Shown here in pieces: positions 28,884 to 38,547 of a stretch of 64,000 nt of DNA; positions within the stretch are counted from its first letter, which is position 1; each line of letters begins with the position of its first letter. The notes under the pieces were generated by a model. The model did no database searches. It was not told where the DNA came from and was given only the letters and a program-made list of their open reading frames with translations. Location of the stretch: NCBI GenBank assembly GCA_050123235.1, contig JASFHL010000007.1, positions 75 to 64,074 on the forward strand, read 5' to 3'. A program made the position numbers and the translations under genes. The DNA comes from Candidatus Woesebacteria bacterium. Lineage in GTDB: Bacteria > Patescibacteriota > Microgenomatia > UBA1400 > PJMF01.

Positions 28884-30548
28884 ATGCCTTCAAATAAAAC
28901 CTCTAAAACTAAGGTAAAAACGAAAAAACGTAAAACTTCAACTAAAACTCGCAAAAAAAAGTCTATTTCAAAAGTAAAAAAGGGAACTAAAAAGACTTCT
29001 ATTGCATCATTTTGCCCTGATTGTGGTACAAAACTTACTAAGACTGCTAAATTTTGTTCAGGCTGTGGTGAGAAGATAGCAAGTATCACAAGTAATAGTG
29101 AAAAGAGTAGAAATAAGCAAACTTTTTCATTGTTTAAAACTGTAATTCACTACTTTGAACGGATAAAACAAATTGATCGGAAAGTTGCTATAGCTATCGT
29201 GGTTATGATAGGCATACTATGCATTGGCATAGGCCATAAGTTAGGTGTTACAGATAGAATCATAATTGCAACGAGACAATGTTCAATAACCAATTCATCA
29301 GAAAAAGCACTTAACTCAGTTGTAAAAATAACAACTGATATGAATAGTGGTAGTGGTTTTTTTGTTGACGAGACTCATATTGTTACGAATAACCATGTTA
29401 TGGAGGGTGTTAAAGAAGCTAATATCACGCTTGGAACAGGTAAACTGACGAAAGCTAAGATTATTGGTTCAGATGAAGAAGCCGATATTGCTGTTCTAGA
29501 AATTGATGATGAAATAAAACCAGAATATTTGAAATGGGCTGAAGTAAAAGAAAAAGTTGCATCGGATATTGTAGCTATAGGTTTTCCTTTAAGTGACGAA
29601 GAATCGCTTAAGGGTGATGCTACTGTTACCAAAGGGACTATTTCTGCATATCGTGATGGTCTATATGGTATTCAGTATATACAAACTGATACGAGCATAA
29701 ATCCCGGCAATAGCGGTGGACCATTGCTTAATGAATGTGGTGAAGTGATCGGAGTAAATGATTTATATTTTAATCCCATAGGAAGTGCAGATCCTATTTT
29801 TTATGCCATCAACACAAAGTCAGCTAAGAAGGCAGTTGAAAAAATTCTAAAAGATCCTTCATATTCTGAACCTGTAGGCACATTGCCAAGATTTGAGGAT
29901 AACATAGAGCCTACTGATGTTGTCATGGCTTATTATCAGGGTTTGACAGAGGGCAGCTACATGATGTCGTATCAACTATTTACTATTGGCCGTCAAAAGG
30001 AATGGAAACCTGAGGAATGGCAAAATTTGTTTACAAATGTTCTGTCTATTGAGGTAAAAAATATCCAACAAATATCTACTGATCCAGTAAAAGTAAAAGC
30101 TGAAATGGATTTATATACAACTGATGGAGTTAATCTTTTAGTTAAGACAGCAGATTCGATTTGGACATTAAAGTATTCTCTTGGAAGGCTGGCACTTGAT
30201 GATGTTGAAATAGAATATGGTGAAGAGAAAGCGATATTTAATCAAGATTACGAAGATGCAATTAGGTTTAACAAAAGTTTAGCCGATACAGTTTATCCGG
30301 CTATTTTAAATAAAGACATGTCCTATTATCCTCAGCAACAGGTTGTAATTATTAAAGCTTTGATTGAAGAAAATACTGAAATTATCAACAGGCTTTTTCA
30401 AAAGGTAACCAATGGTGAGCCTTTGGATGAGTCGGAATTTTATGATAATGATCTTTTTGTTTCCAATCATGATCAAATATTAGACATAAACAAGGAATTT
30501 GAAAGCATTGATTTACAGAATTATTATTTAAATTATTACTCTGAGTAG
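28884..30548 (+). CDS. Zn-ribbon, TM and trypsin-like (S1C, no PDZ) serine protease
   Basis: CPDCG..CSGCG, TM, GSGF, TNNHV, DIAVL, IQTDTSINPGNSGGPL. Confidence 0.9.
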   Translation: MPSNKTSKTKVKTKKRKTSTKTRKKKSISKVKKGTKKTSIASFCPDCGTKLTKTAKFCSGCGEKIASITSNSEKSRNKQTFSLFKTVIHYFERIKQIDRKVAIAIVVMIGILCIGIGHKLGVTDRIIIATRQCSITNSSEKALNSVVKITTDMNSGSGFFVDETHIVTNNHVMEGVKEANITLGTGKLTKAKIIGSDEEADIAVLEIDDEIKPEYLKWAEVKEKVASDIVAIGFPLSDEESLKGDATVTKGTISAYRDGLYGIQYIQTDTSINPGNSGGPLLNECGEVIGVNDLYFNPIGSADPIFYAINTKSAKKAVEKILKDPSYSEPVGTLPRFEDNIEPTDVVMAYYQGLTEGSYMMSYQLFTIGRQKEWKPEEWQNLFTNVLSIEVKNIQQISTDPVKVKAEMDLYTTDGVNLLVKTADSIWTLKYSLGRLALDDVEIEYGEEKAIFNQDYEDAIRFNKSLADTVYPAILNKDMSYYPQQQVVIIKALIEENTEIINRLFQKVTNGEPLDESEFYDNDLFVSNHDQILDINKEFESIDLQNYYLNYYSE

Positions 30549-30673
30549 TTAATATTATTTTGCTGTAGCTGCAAGTAAGTCTTCTTGACTATTTTTATCT
30601 TTTATTTATTTTTATTAGGTTAATAGATGATTATAGATTGTGTATTTTTTTGATGCATTAAGCTATACTAACA

Positions 30674-30889
30674 ATGTGGGAAGAAAAACAAGATTTAAGC
30701 AAATTTGTATTTGAATTACCAGGTAGATATTATGCTCAAGCAGATTGCTTAACTAGAGGTAGGTATAAAATAACTATATCTGTTTATGGTAAAAATGCGA
30801 AAAAAATAACCAGAAATTTTTTTATATCATGGTCGGGTAATTGGAAAGACAATACAAATGATATGTTTAAAGAGTTAGTTATTAAGTGA
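30674..30889 (+). CDS. Short ORF, probably a C-terminal gene fragment
   Basis: 71 aa, no SD, begins inside an att-like half site. Confidence 0.4.
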   Translation: MWEEKQDLSKFVFELPGRYYAQADCLTRGRYKITISVYGKNAKKITRNFFISWSGNWKDNTNDMFKELVIK

Positions 30890-30930
30890 GAGGATATCTA
30901 TCATGATAATTTGGTATACTCTATTTTAGA

Positions 30931-31437
30931 ATGCTTAGCTTTTTTGGTACCAAATCCCCTCCAAAGTTTACTCCTAAAGATACTAAGGATACAAAAAAAT
31001 TGATGAAGTTTGTTAAGTGGTTTGTTAACAATACCTCTAATGGAAAACTTTTGATTGATGAAGTGTCACGGTCTATTTTTGCTAGTGGTATTAGACCTGT
31101 TTCTGGTACAAGGAATACACCAAATTTGCCTCCTGAATTGGATACTGATCCGTATTATTGGTTTTTAGAGAGAATTAGATTAAGCCTAATAATGATATCT
31201 GAGAGAGAAGAAAACGACGTTAATGGAGTTATTTCCTTGATGGAGGAAGAGCTTGCTAGACATACTGCTGAGCTTAAAAGTTTATGCGAACAATATGGTG
31301 TAGTGTTTGAAGGTACGGATGTTTTAGCTGAAATTGAAAAAATTAGTAATGATATTGATAGGAAATGGTTTAAAAGTAAGTTGTTAGATTTTCGTTTTTC
31401 AATTCTAGAGTTAGATATCATCAAAACACTTTATTAG
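30931..31437 (+). CDS. Hypothetical protein (element cargo)
   Basis: 168 aa ORF. Confidence 0.55.
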   Translation: MLSFFGTKSPPKFTPKDTKDTKKLMKFVKWFVNNTSNGKLLIDEVSRSIFASGIRPVSGTRNTPNLPPELDTDPYYWFLERIRLSLIMISEREENDVNGVISLMEEELARHTAELKSLCEQYGVVFEGTDVLAEIEKISNDIDRKWFKSKLLDFRFSILELDIIKTLY

Positions 31438-31551
31438 TGATGGTTTTATAGCTAGCTTTTACAATTACGATTTAACTTATAGTGACGTAATTTACTGCTT
31501 TTTTTGAGGTAAAATAGGTTCTAACTTTCTCCCACATTGTCAACAATAGAA

Positions 31552-31575
31552 AAAAGACCCACAAGTGGGTCTTTT
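31552..31575. terminator. Bidirectional intrinsic terminator, probably the displaced tRNA terminator
   Basis: aaaagaccca-caag-tgggtctttt 4 nt after the right direct repeat. Confidence 0.85.
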
Positions 31576-31616
31576 AAGTATTCTTCCAAAACACTTTTTT
31601 ATCTAAGAACATTTTC

Positions 31617-32252
31617 TCACTTCCTAGTTATTTTAAAAGATGTACTTTGCTCCTTTTTTAAAATATGATCTCCTCTTTCTCTTAATAAAAGTCTGTGACT
31701 GGCTACATCAACTAATGGAGAACTAATCAGCCAGTCAGTATAAAAATTGGGAATTCTTTCTGATAGTACGCGATAGAGAGCTGTTAGATCATCTTTACTA
31801 ATTGAGCAGGCGATAGCTACAAAACAGCCACTTTTTTCTTTTAAACGTGATGTTGCCGTAACTAGTAAAGAAACAATTTTTTCTAAATCAGGCAAGTTAT
31901 GCAATTCATGAGCTTTCTTTGTTTTGAACTCTTTTTCAGTTAAAAATCTACCCCAGATAGGAGGAGCTTTCATAATAATATAATCAAAATAATGAAGAGG
32001 ATAATACTCTCCCAGCTTATAAGCATCACCAATGATATGATTTGGTCCATTGAATGTTCCTAGATCTACTGAATGATACTCACCACCACGCTCTCTGATA
32101 GGGAGCATCATCGATGATTGAGCATCTCCTGAAAAAAGTTCAAGTATGCATTTACCTCTTAGATCTTCTGGTAATTGAAGCCATTCTTTGACTGCTTTTT
32201 CTGCCACAGGTTCAGGATCTGGATACCACTTTATTCTTGGATCTTCTGACAT
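31617..32252 (-). CDS. Class I SAM-dependent methyltransferase-like protein
   Basis: ILELFSGD, SVDL, IIGDA, FDYIIMKAPP. Confidence 0.55.
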   Translation of the reverse strand: MSEDPRIKWYPDPEPVAEKAVKEWLQLPEDLRGKCILELFSGDAQSSMMLPIRERGGEYHSVDLGTFNGPNHIIGDAYKLGEYYPLHYFDYIIMKAPPIWGRFLTEKEFKTKKAHELHNLPDLEKIVSLLVTATSRLKEKSGCFVAIACSISKDDLTALYRVLSERIPNFYTDWLISSPLVDVASHRLLLRERGDHILKKEQSTSFKITRK

Positions 32253-32418
32253 AAAGATAGTTTATTACTAAGTCATCGCTTTTATCAAATGATGATTGGG
32301 ATCTTAGTATTGTTCAAAGTTTGGTCTTTGAGATAAGATTATTTAGAAAGATTTTAATCCATTTATCAAGTCAAACTTAGAAATAAACCTTAAGATAATC
32401 ATACTATATTTGGGATTT

Positions 32419-32775
32419 TTAATCTCCAAATAACAACTTTTTCCATTCCTGCCAAGGACTTTCTATCTCTATTGCGATTTTTTTATTCTCGTTTTTTGTC
32501 TCAGTAGGAATTTGGATAATATATTCTCCTGGACGTTGCATCAAAAGATCATTTCTTTGAATTTTTTCTTTTGTTAGAGGATAGTCTGCTTCTGCAATCT
32601 TATTTTCTAATTCTTGGATGTTTTCAGATTGTTTTTTGACTTCGTTTTGTAAAATTTCTACATTTTTCTGTGATTGATGGCTAATATTTTCAGTTTTCTT
32701 GAGGGAAAGAATAAAAGATAAGCTAAGAATGCTAAAAGCAATAAGAATAATTGGTTGTGATAGAAAACGATTCAT
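32419..32775 (-). CDS. Septum formation initiator (FtsB/DivIC-like)
   Basis: TM, coiled coil, EKIQRNDLLMQRPGE, PWQEWKKLLF. Confidence 0.7.
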   Translation of the reverse strand: MNRFLSQPIILIAFSILSLSFILSLKKTENISHQSQKNVEILQNEVKKQSENIQELENKIAEADYPLTKEKIQRNDLLMQRPGEYIIQIPTETKNENKKIAIEIESPWQEWKKLLFGD

Positions 32776-32919
32776 AATATATAATACTATTTGCTAAAAA
32801 GCCTTATTTATGATACTATAAGATAGTCGAGAAATAGATTTTTCGTTATCTGGTCACGAAATAACTGTTTTTAGACTAATTTTGTATTTAATTGTAATAA
32901 TATCTAAGATAAACAAAAT

Positions 32920-33789
32920 ATGTCAATTACTTTAACTGACGCACAAGTTAAATTTAAGCAACACCTAGAAGAGTCTGGAAAGGCTCATGCCACGGTGATT
33001 GCTTACAGTAAAGATATAGAACAATTAGTAGAGTTCTTAAATAAAGGAGGCAAACTTCAAGCTGAAGAAGTACTTGCCGATAATATTGATGATTTTAAAG
33101 AACTCTTAAAAAAGCAACGCTATACCAGTAAGTCTATTTCAAGAAAAATCAATTCAATCAAAGCCTTTTTTAGATATTTAGTTAATCAAGGTTTGGTAGA
33201 AAGCAATCCTGCTAAGGTAATTTCTCATCCTAAGTTTGAACAAAGCTTACCTAGAGTTTTATCAAAGGTTGAATATCGAGCTTTAAGAGATGCCTGTAGG
33301 GGTGATGTGCGTATTGCTGCAATCGTAGAGTTATTATTGCAAACTGGAATGAGAATTAGTGAATTAGCTAATTTAAAGCTCCAGGAACTTGATTTAGAAA
33401 GAAATGTGATTAATATTGTTGCTCAGAATTCTAGAGATGCTAGAAAAGTGCCTATCAATAAAGCAGCCAAGAATGCTTTGATGGATTATTTGAAAATTAG
33501 GCCAAGAGCTAGAGAAAAGACTATTTTTTTAACCAAAACTTGTCGACCTTTTTTGGTTAGAAATATTCGTACTGCAATTGACAGGTATTTTAGATTAGCT
33601 GGAATCAAAGGTGCTAAAGTTAATGACTTAAGACATACCTTTATTGTTGAACAACTTAAGGCCGGTACTCCATTGGTTTATATTTCCCAATTAGTGGGCC
33701 ACAAAAGAATTACTACTACTGAAAAATACCTTAAATTGGTTGAGCAAAATGATGAGTTGAGTCCAACTGTACAGATAGAGGAATTGTAA
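32920..33789 (+). CDS. XerC/XerD-family tyrosine recombinase
   Basis: TGMRISE, DLRHTF, LVGH..TTEKY; SAM-like N-domain. Confidence 0.9.
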   Translation: MSITLTDAQVKFKQHLEESGKAHATVIAYSKDIEQLVEFLNKGGKLQAEEVLADNIDDFKELLKKQRYTSKSISRKINSIKAFFRYLVNQGLVESNPAKVISHPKFEQSLPRVLSKVEYRALRDACRGDVRIAAIVELLLQTGMRISELANLKLQELDLERNVINIVAQNSRDARKVPINKAAKNALMDYLKIRPRAREKTIFLTKTCRPFLVRNIRTAIDRYFRLAGIKGAKVNDLRHTFIVEQLKAGTPLVYISQLVGHKRITTTEKYLKLVEQNDELSPTVQIEEL

Positions 33790-33834
33790 ATTGTAATTTG
33801 ACAAAATAATTTTTTGTGTAAAAATATAAAAGAT

Positions 33835-33888
33835 ATGAAATATAACAATCAAAGCACTAACAACAGTTGGTGGAGTTCCCTCAGCTAA
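33835..33888 (+). CDS. Trp leader peptide MKYNNQSTNNSWWSSLS
   Basis: 17-codon ORF with tandem TGG TGG upstream of trpS. Confidence 0.85.
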   Translation: MKYNNQSTNNSWWSSLS

Positions 33889-33952
33889 AAGGGAGTCTGA
33901 TTGTATTGTTTTAAAAATAAATAGAGATTGAGCTCCCAAAAGGGAGTTTTTT
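33876..33952 (+). promoter_or_regulatory. Ribosome-mediated transcription attenuator of trpS
   Basis: ttccct/agggag 1:2 stem, gggagt 33891/gctccc 33932 antiterminator, gctccc-aaaa-gggagt-ttttt terminator; TTGACA at 33798. Confidence 0.85.
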
Positions 33953-34053
33953 AGTGCCTCAATAGCTCACTGCACTAAAAAGTAGAATCTTTAAAGAATT
34001 ACTCAGAGGAGAATCAATTTTATTTTGTTATTATATTAATAAGGAGAAAATTT

Positions 34054-35082
34054 ATGAAAAATAATAAAGTTATTTTAACTGGTATCACCCCTTCAGGCAC
34101 GGGTGAAGTTCATATTGGCAATTATTTCGGAGCCGTAGTTCCTTTTTTTGAATTGCAAAAGAATGCAACTAGAGTTTATTTTTTTATTGCAGATTTACAT
34201 GCTTTAACCACCATTAAAAATAAAAAACAATTACAAAGAAATGTAGAAAATTTATTACTCTCTTACTTATCTTTTGGTATAGATCCTGACAAAGTATTTT
34301 TTTATCGACAGTCAGATATCCCACTTCACACGGAATTGCAAAGTATTCTGAATAATGTCACTCCCATTGGTTTGGTCAAAAGATGTCATGCTTATAAAGA
34401 CAAATTGCAAAAAGGTTTTGATCCTGAAAAAGTAAATATGGGTTTGTTCAGTTATCCAGTCTTAATGGCGGCTGACATTTTGCTCTATGATGCTGATTAT
34501 GTCCCAGTAGGTGAAGACCAAAAACAGCATATTGAGGTTACTAGAGATATTGCAGAGAGTTTTAATAAAACTTTTGGCAAAACCTTTAAGTTGCCAGATA
34601 TTTACAACGTTAAAGAAACTGCACGATTGCTAGGCACTGATGGCAAACGTAAAATGAGTAAGAGTCTAGGTAATTATATTTCTATTTTTGATGATGAGAA
34701 AGTTATTAGGAAGCAAATAATGGCTTGTTTCACAGATCCAGATAGATTGCGCTCAACTGATCCTGGACAGGTGGAAGGAAATCCTGTTTTCATTTACCAT
34801 AATCTGATCAATGAAAATAAAAATGAAGTTACAGATTTAAAAGATCGATATAGACAGGGTAAGGTTGGCGATGTAGAGGTCAAAGAGAAATTGTTTAAAG
34901 CTTTATTAAAGAGATTTAAAAAAGAACGAGAGCTTTACCAAAAATTGAAAAATGATCCCAAAAGAATCAAGGAAATTTTGCAACAAGGAACAAAAAAAGT
35001 CAGAAAACAGGCGGTAAAAAAGATGACTTTGGTAAGAGAAAAAATTGGAATCACTAATCAGTATTCATTTTTTGAGTATTAA
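34054..35082 (+). CDS. trpS: Tryptophanyl-tRNA synthetase
   Basis: HIGNYFGA, ADLHALT, YPVLMAADI, VGEDQKQH, KMSKS. Confidence 0.98.
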   Translation: MKNNKVILTGITPSGTGEVHIGNYFGAVVPFFELQKNATRVYFFIADLHALTTIKNKKQLQRNVENLLLSYLSFGIDPDKVFFYRQSDIPLHTELQSILNNVTPIGLVKRCHAYKDKLQKGFDPEKVNMGLFSYPVLMAADILLYDADYVPVGEDQKQHIEVTRDIAESFNKTFGKTFKLPDIYNVKETARLLGTDGKRKMSKSLGNYISIFDDEKVIRKQIMACFTDPDRLRSTDPGQVEGNPVFIYHNLINENKNEVTDLKDRYRQGKVGDVEVKEKLFKALLKRFKKERELYQKLKNDPKRIKEILQQGTKKVRKQAVKKMTLVREKIGITNQYSFFEY

Positions 35083-35094
35083 AGAAAGGTCATC

Positions 35095-35430
35095 ATGAAA
35101 GATATTATCACTTATCAAGATTTTGACAAATTAGATTTGCGTGTCGGTAAGATAATTGCTGCCACTGAGCCGGACTGGAGTGAAAAAATGTTAGAATTCA
35201 AGGTAGATTTTGGATCAGATATTGGTGAGCGTATAATTTTAGCAGGCATGAAAAAGTGGCATCAAGCAACAGAGTTTGTTGGTAAGAATTATCTATTTAT
35301 TGTTAATTTGGCAGAACGGAAAATAGGTCCTGCTGTTAGCCAAGGCATGATGTTGGCGATTGATGATGGAGAAAAACCAGTTTTATTTGAAATTAATCAG
35401 TCAGTTGAACCTGGTTCAATTGTTAGATAG
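35095..35430 (+). CDS. Stand-alone tRNA-binding OB-fold protein (Trbp111/CsaA-like)
   Basis: DFDKLDLRVGKI, VNLAERKI, SQGMML. Confidence 0.88.
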   Translation: MKDIITYQDFDKLDLRVGKIIAATEPDWSEKMLEFKVDFGSDIGERIILAGMKKWHQATEFVGKNYLFIVNLAERKIGPAVSQGMMLAIDDGEKPVLFEINQSVEPGSIVR

Positions 35431-35538
35431 TTGAAATCATCTCTTTTTTTACACAGCTTGAATAGAGGGTTTAAAACCCGAAGTTGAATGAGAGGCTTAT
35501 TAAAAAAGCCTTTACTACATGATAGAATATAGCTTCAT

Positions 35539-37485
35539 ATGGCAAAAAAGATACAAAAAGATTCCAAAGAGATTGAAAAAAAAGAGCCTCAGATTAATCA
35601 AAAAGCTCAATTAAGTAAAAAGAAACTTCCCAAAAATTTAAAAATTCGTAGAGTTGAAGTGAATGTTAACTTAAATAAGTTCTTAAATAAAGGTTTGATC
35701 TATATTATCATCGCCCTTTTGTTTTTTCCTTTTTTTATTTCTTTATTTAAAAACGGTCGCGATGATCAAATCACTTTAAGTCAACTAGTCAAAGATATTA
35801 GAGAAGAAAAAGTTGAAAAATTGGAAGTAGCTGGCCCAGAATTAAGAGTTGTTTACAAAGATTTTAGCCGTAAGTTTGCTCGTAAAGAGGACGGTCAACA
35901 AGCCTTATTTATTTTAGAATCAGCTGGCATCGATTTAGCTGAGATTGATTTAGAAGTGCAAAACATTAGCTACGGCCAGATGCTTTTCGAGTTAGCGATT
36001 AATGTTTTGCCTATTGTTCTGATGATTATTTTTTTCCTCTTCATTTTTCGTCAAGCTAAAGGAGGTGCTGGTGGTGGCCTATGGGGCATTGGTAAAAGCA
36101 AAGCTAAAGTTTTTATCAAAGGAAAGCAAGATTCTAAATTTAAAGATGTCGGCGGTATGAAGGAAGCTAAACAAGAGCTTGAGGAAGTGGTCGACTTTTT
36201 AAAACACCCTAGGAAATATCGTAAAGTTGGAGCTAGAACACCAAAAGGTGTTTTGTTGGTTGGTCCTTCTGGAACTGGTAAAACTTTACTTGCCAGAGCA
36301 GTGGCTGGTGAAGCCAATGTTCAATTCTTATCAATTGCTGGTAGTGAATTTATGGAAATGTTGGTTGGTGTTGGTGCTTCTAGAGTGAGGGATCTTTTTG
36401 CCACTGCTAAAAAATTAGCACCTTCAATTATTTTTATTGACGAAATTGACGCTATCGGTCGGATGAGAGGTCATGGCCTATCAGGTGGCCATGATGAAAG
36501 AGAACAAACCTTAAATCAGATTCTGGTCGAGATGGATGGTTTTACACCTCATGATAATGTGATTGTGATGGCAGCAACTAATAGGGGTGATATGCTTGAT
36601 CCAGCTTTGATCCGTCCAGGACGTTTTGATCGTAGAGTAGTGCTGCGTTTACCAGATTTAGAAGAAAGAAAATTCATTTTAGAGATTCATGCTAAAGGCA
36701 AACCTTTAGCCACAAAAGTAGATTTAAATAAAGTAGCTAAACGCACTGTTGGTTTTTCTGGTGCAGATATTGAAAATATGTTAAATGAAGCAGCAATTGC
36801 CATTGCCAGGGCTAATAAACTTAAGATTAGCATGGATGACATAGAAGAAGCTTCTTTGAAGGTAAAGCTAGGGCCAAGTAAAAAACGTTTGCAGGATGAT
36901 TACGAAAGAAGTATGACTGCTTATCATGAAGCCGGACATGCTGTGATTGCCCATGTTTTGCCTAATGCTGATCCTGTTCATAGAATTTCTATTGTATCTA
37001 GGGGTCATTCTTTGGGTTATACGCTTACTCCCCCTGAAAAAGATAAACTGCAGACTACCAAGTCAGAATTATTAGATAGAATTGCAGTACTCTTGGGTGG
37101 TCGTGTTGCTGAACAGATGATTTTTAATGAACAAACTGCTGGAGCAAGCAATGATATTGATCGAGCTACTAGGATTGCTAGATCAATGGTGGTTGAGTTT
37201 GGGATGAGTGATTTAGGTCCGATGCACTTTGGCCCACAATATGAAGTTTCTAATTACTCTCGCGCTTTTGGTGAGCCTCACAAGATTTCTGATAATTTAC
37301 AAAATAAAGTTGATGCTGAAATAGCTAAAATTATTAGTAAAGCTAAACAAGAGGCTAGTAAAATTTTGAAAAAGTATAAAAAACAACTTGATAAAGTTTC
37401 TGCTAAACTTCTGGATGTAGAAACTTTAGATGCTGATGAGTTTAAGGAATTAATGGGCATTGAGAAGACTAAAAATAAGAGGTAG
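35539..37485 (+). CDS. ftsH: ATP-dependent zinc metalloprotease FtsH
   Basis: 2 [28 protein letters not shown]. Confidence 0.98.
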   Translation: MAKKIQKDSKEIEKKEPQINQKAQLSKKKLPKNLKIRRVEVNVNLNKFLNKGLIYIIIALLFFPFFISLFKNGRDDQITLSQLVKDIREEKVEKLEVAGPELRVVYKDFSRKFARKEDGQQALFILESAGIDLAEIDLEVQNISYGQMLFELAINVLPIVLMIIFFLFIFRQAKGGAGGGLWGIGKSKAKVFIKGKQDSKFKDVGGMKEAKQELEEVVDFLKHPRKYRKVGARTPKGVLLVGPSGTGKTLLARAVAGEANVQFLSIAGSEFMEMLVGVGASRVRDLFATAKKLAPSIIFIDEIDAIGRMRGHGLSGGHDEREQTLNQILVEMDGFTPHDNVIVMAATNRGDMLDPALIRPGRFDRRVVLRLPDLEERKFILEIHAKGKPLATKVDLNKVAKRTVGFSGADIENMLNEAAIAIARANKLKISMDDIEEASLKVKLGPSKKRLQDDYERSMTAYHEAGHAVIAHVLPNADPVHRISIVSRGHSLGYTLTPPEKDKLQTTKSELLDRIAVLLGGRVAEQMIFNEQTAGASNDIDRATRIARSMVVEFGMSDLGPMHFGPQYEVSNYSRAFGEPHKISDNLQNKVDAEIAKIISKAKQEASKILKKYKKQLDKVSAKLLDVETLDADEFKELMGIEKTKNKR

Positions 37486-37509
37486 GTGAGTTAATGTTAA
37501 AATAGTTTT

Positions 37510-38541
37510 ATGAAACGGCAACACAATTTTCTCCTGATTGATGCTCATGCTGTTATCTACCGAGCTTTTTATGCCTTTCCCAAACAATTAACCGATCCTC
37601 AAGGGCAAATGGTCAATGCTGTCTATGGTTTTTCTAGAATTATTCTCACTGCCATCCGCAAATTTGAACCTGAATACATGGCGATTGCCTTTGATCATCC
37701 TAAGCCTACTTTTAGACATAAAGAATTTGATGCGTATAAAGCTCATCGGCCAGAAATGCCTGACGAGCTCAAGCCACAGATTGAGATAATCAAAAAGGTA
37801 GTGGAAGCTCTTAATATTCCTCAATATGAGATAGAAGGTTATGAGGCTGATGATTTAATTGGGACCATCAGTTTGCAGATAGATCAAGCAGTGGCTGCTA
37901 AAAACAAAAAAGCAAATTCAAAGCCAGCAGCTTTAAAAACTCTTTTATCACTTTTGACAATTATTGTGACAGGAGACCATGATACTTTTCAGCTAGTAGA
38001 TCAGAACACTCATGTTTGGTTGCCAGGCAGAGGAAAAAGACAACAGGATACAGAATATGATGCAGAAAAAGTAGAGGAGAAAATTGGGCTTAGACCAGAA
38101 CAAGTAATTGACCTAAAAGCGCTCATGGGAGATCCCTCAGATAACATTCCTGGTATTAAGGGCGTTGGGCCTAAGACTGCTGTAAAATTGATCAAGGAAT
38201 TTGGCAATATAGAAGAAATTTATCAGTTTATTGAAAATATGACTGATTATGGTCAAGTTAAGAAAGCTAAAAAGGCTAAGTCCGATAAAGCTACTCCAGC
38301 TTTCCTTAAAGGTTCCTTACTAAAAAAATTAAAAATAGGTAAAGAAGACGCTTTTTTAAGTAAGAAATTGGCAACAATTGATAGTCATGTCCCTCTGAAA
38401 TTCGATTTAGAAACCTGCAGAGTAAGCAGTTATGATAAAACCAAAGCAGTGGCTATATTTAAAAAATTAGATTTTAAATCTCTGATTCGTCTTTTACCAG
38501 ATGATGCTTTTGAAAGAGATTTACAAGAAGCATTATTTTAA
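37510..38541 (+). CDS. Stand-alone 5'-3' exonuclease (PolA N-terminal domain)
   Basis: YKAHR, GYEADD, TGDHD, GDPSDNIPGIKGVGPKTA; no polymerase domain. Confidence 0.92.
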   Translation: MKRQHNFLLIDAHAVIYRAFYAFPKQLTDPQGQMVNAVYGFSRIILTAIRKFEPEYMAIAFDHPKPTFRHKEFDAYKAHRPEMPDELKPQIEIIKKVVEALNIPQYEIEGYEADDLIGTISLQIDQAVAAKNKKANSKPAALKTLLSLLTIIVTGDHDTFQLVDQNTHVWLPGRGKRQQDTEYDAEKVEEKIGLRPEQVIDLKALMGDPSDNIPGIKGVGPKTAVKLIKEFGNIEEIYQFIENMTDYGQVKKAKKAKSDKATPAFLKGSLLKKLKIGKEDAFLSKKLATIDSHVPLKFDLETCRVSSYDKTKAVAIFKKLDFKSLIRLLPDDAFERDLQEALF

Positions 38542-38547
38542 ATCAAT

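Larger units (their letters stand above)
25425..31547. mobile_element. ~6.1 kb integrative element (large serine recombinase) in the tRNA-fMet 3' end
   Basis: Direct repeat caacaat at 25425-25431 and 31541-31547; rejoined ends form tcccacattgt-CA-acaatgaggga; terminator right after the right end. Confidence 0.88.

Noticed and set aside
32289-32402. Degenerate intergenic palindromes (also 17369-17442 and 32824-32878)
   Set aside because: Imperfect, AT-rich and lacking the core motif; may be decayed elements or UTR hairpins but unsupported
32920-33789. Tyrosine recombinase as the island's integrase
   Set aside because: Outside the att-defined boundaries, Xer-sized and among housekeeping genes
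33790-34053. T-box riboswitch before trpS
   Set aside because: No T-box consensus (GGTGGNACCGCG); the leader peptide explains the terminator
37510-38541. Truncated polA pseudogene
   Set aside because: Intact motifs, clean stop, no polymerase remnant downstream; stand-alone exonucleases are known
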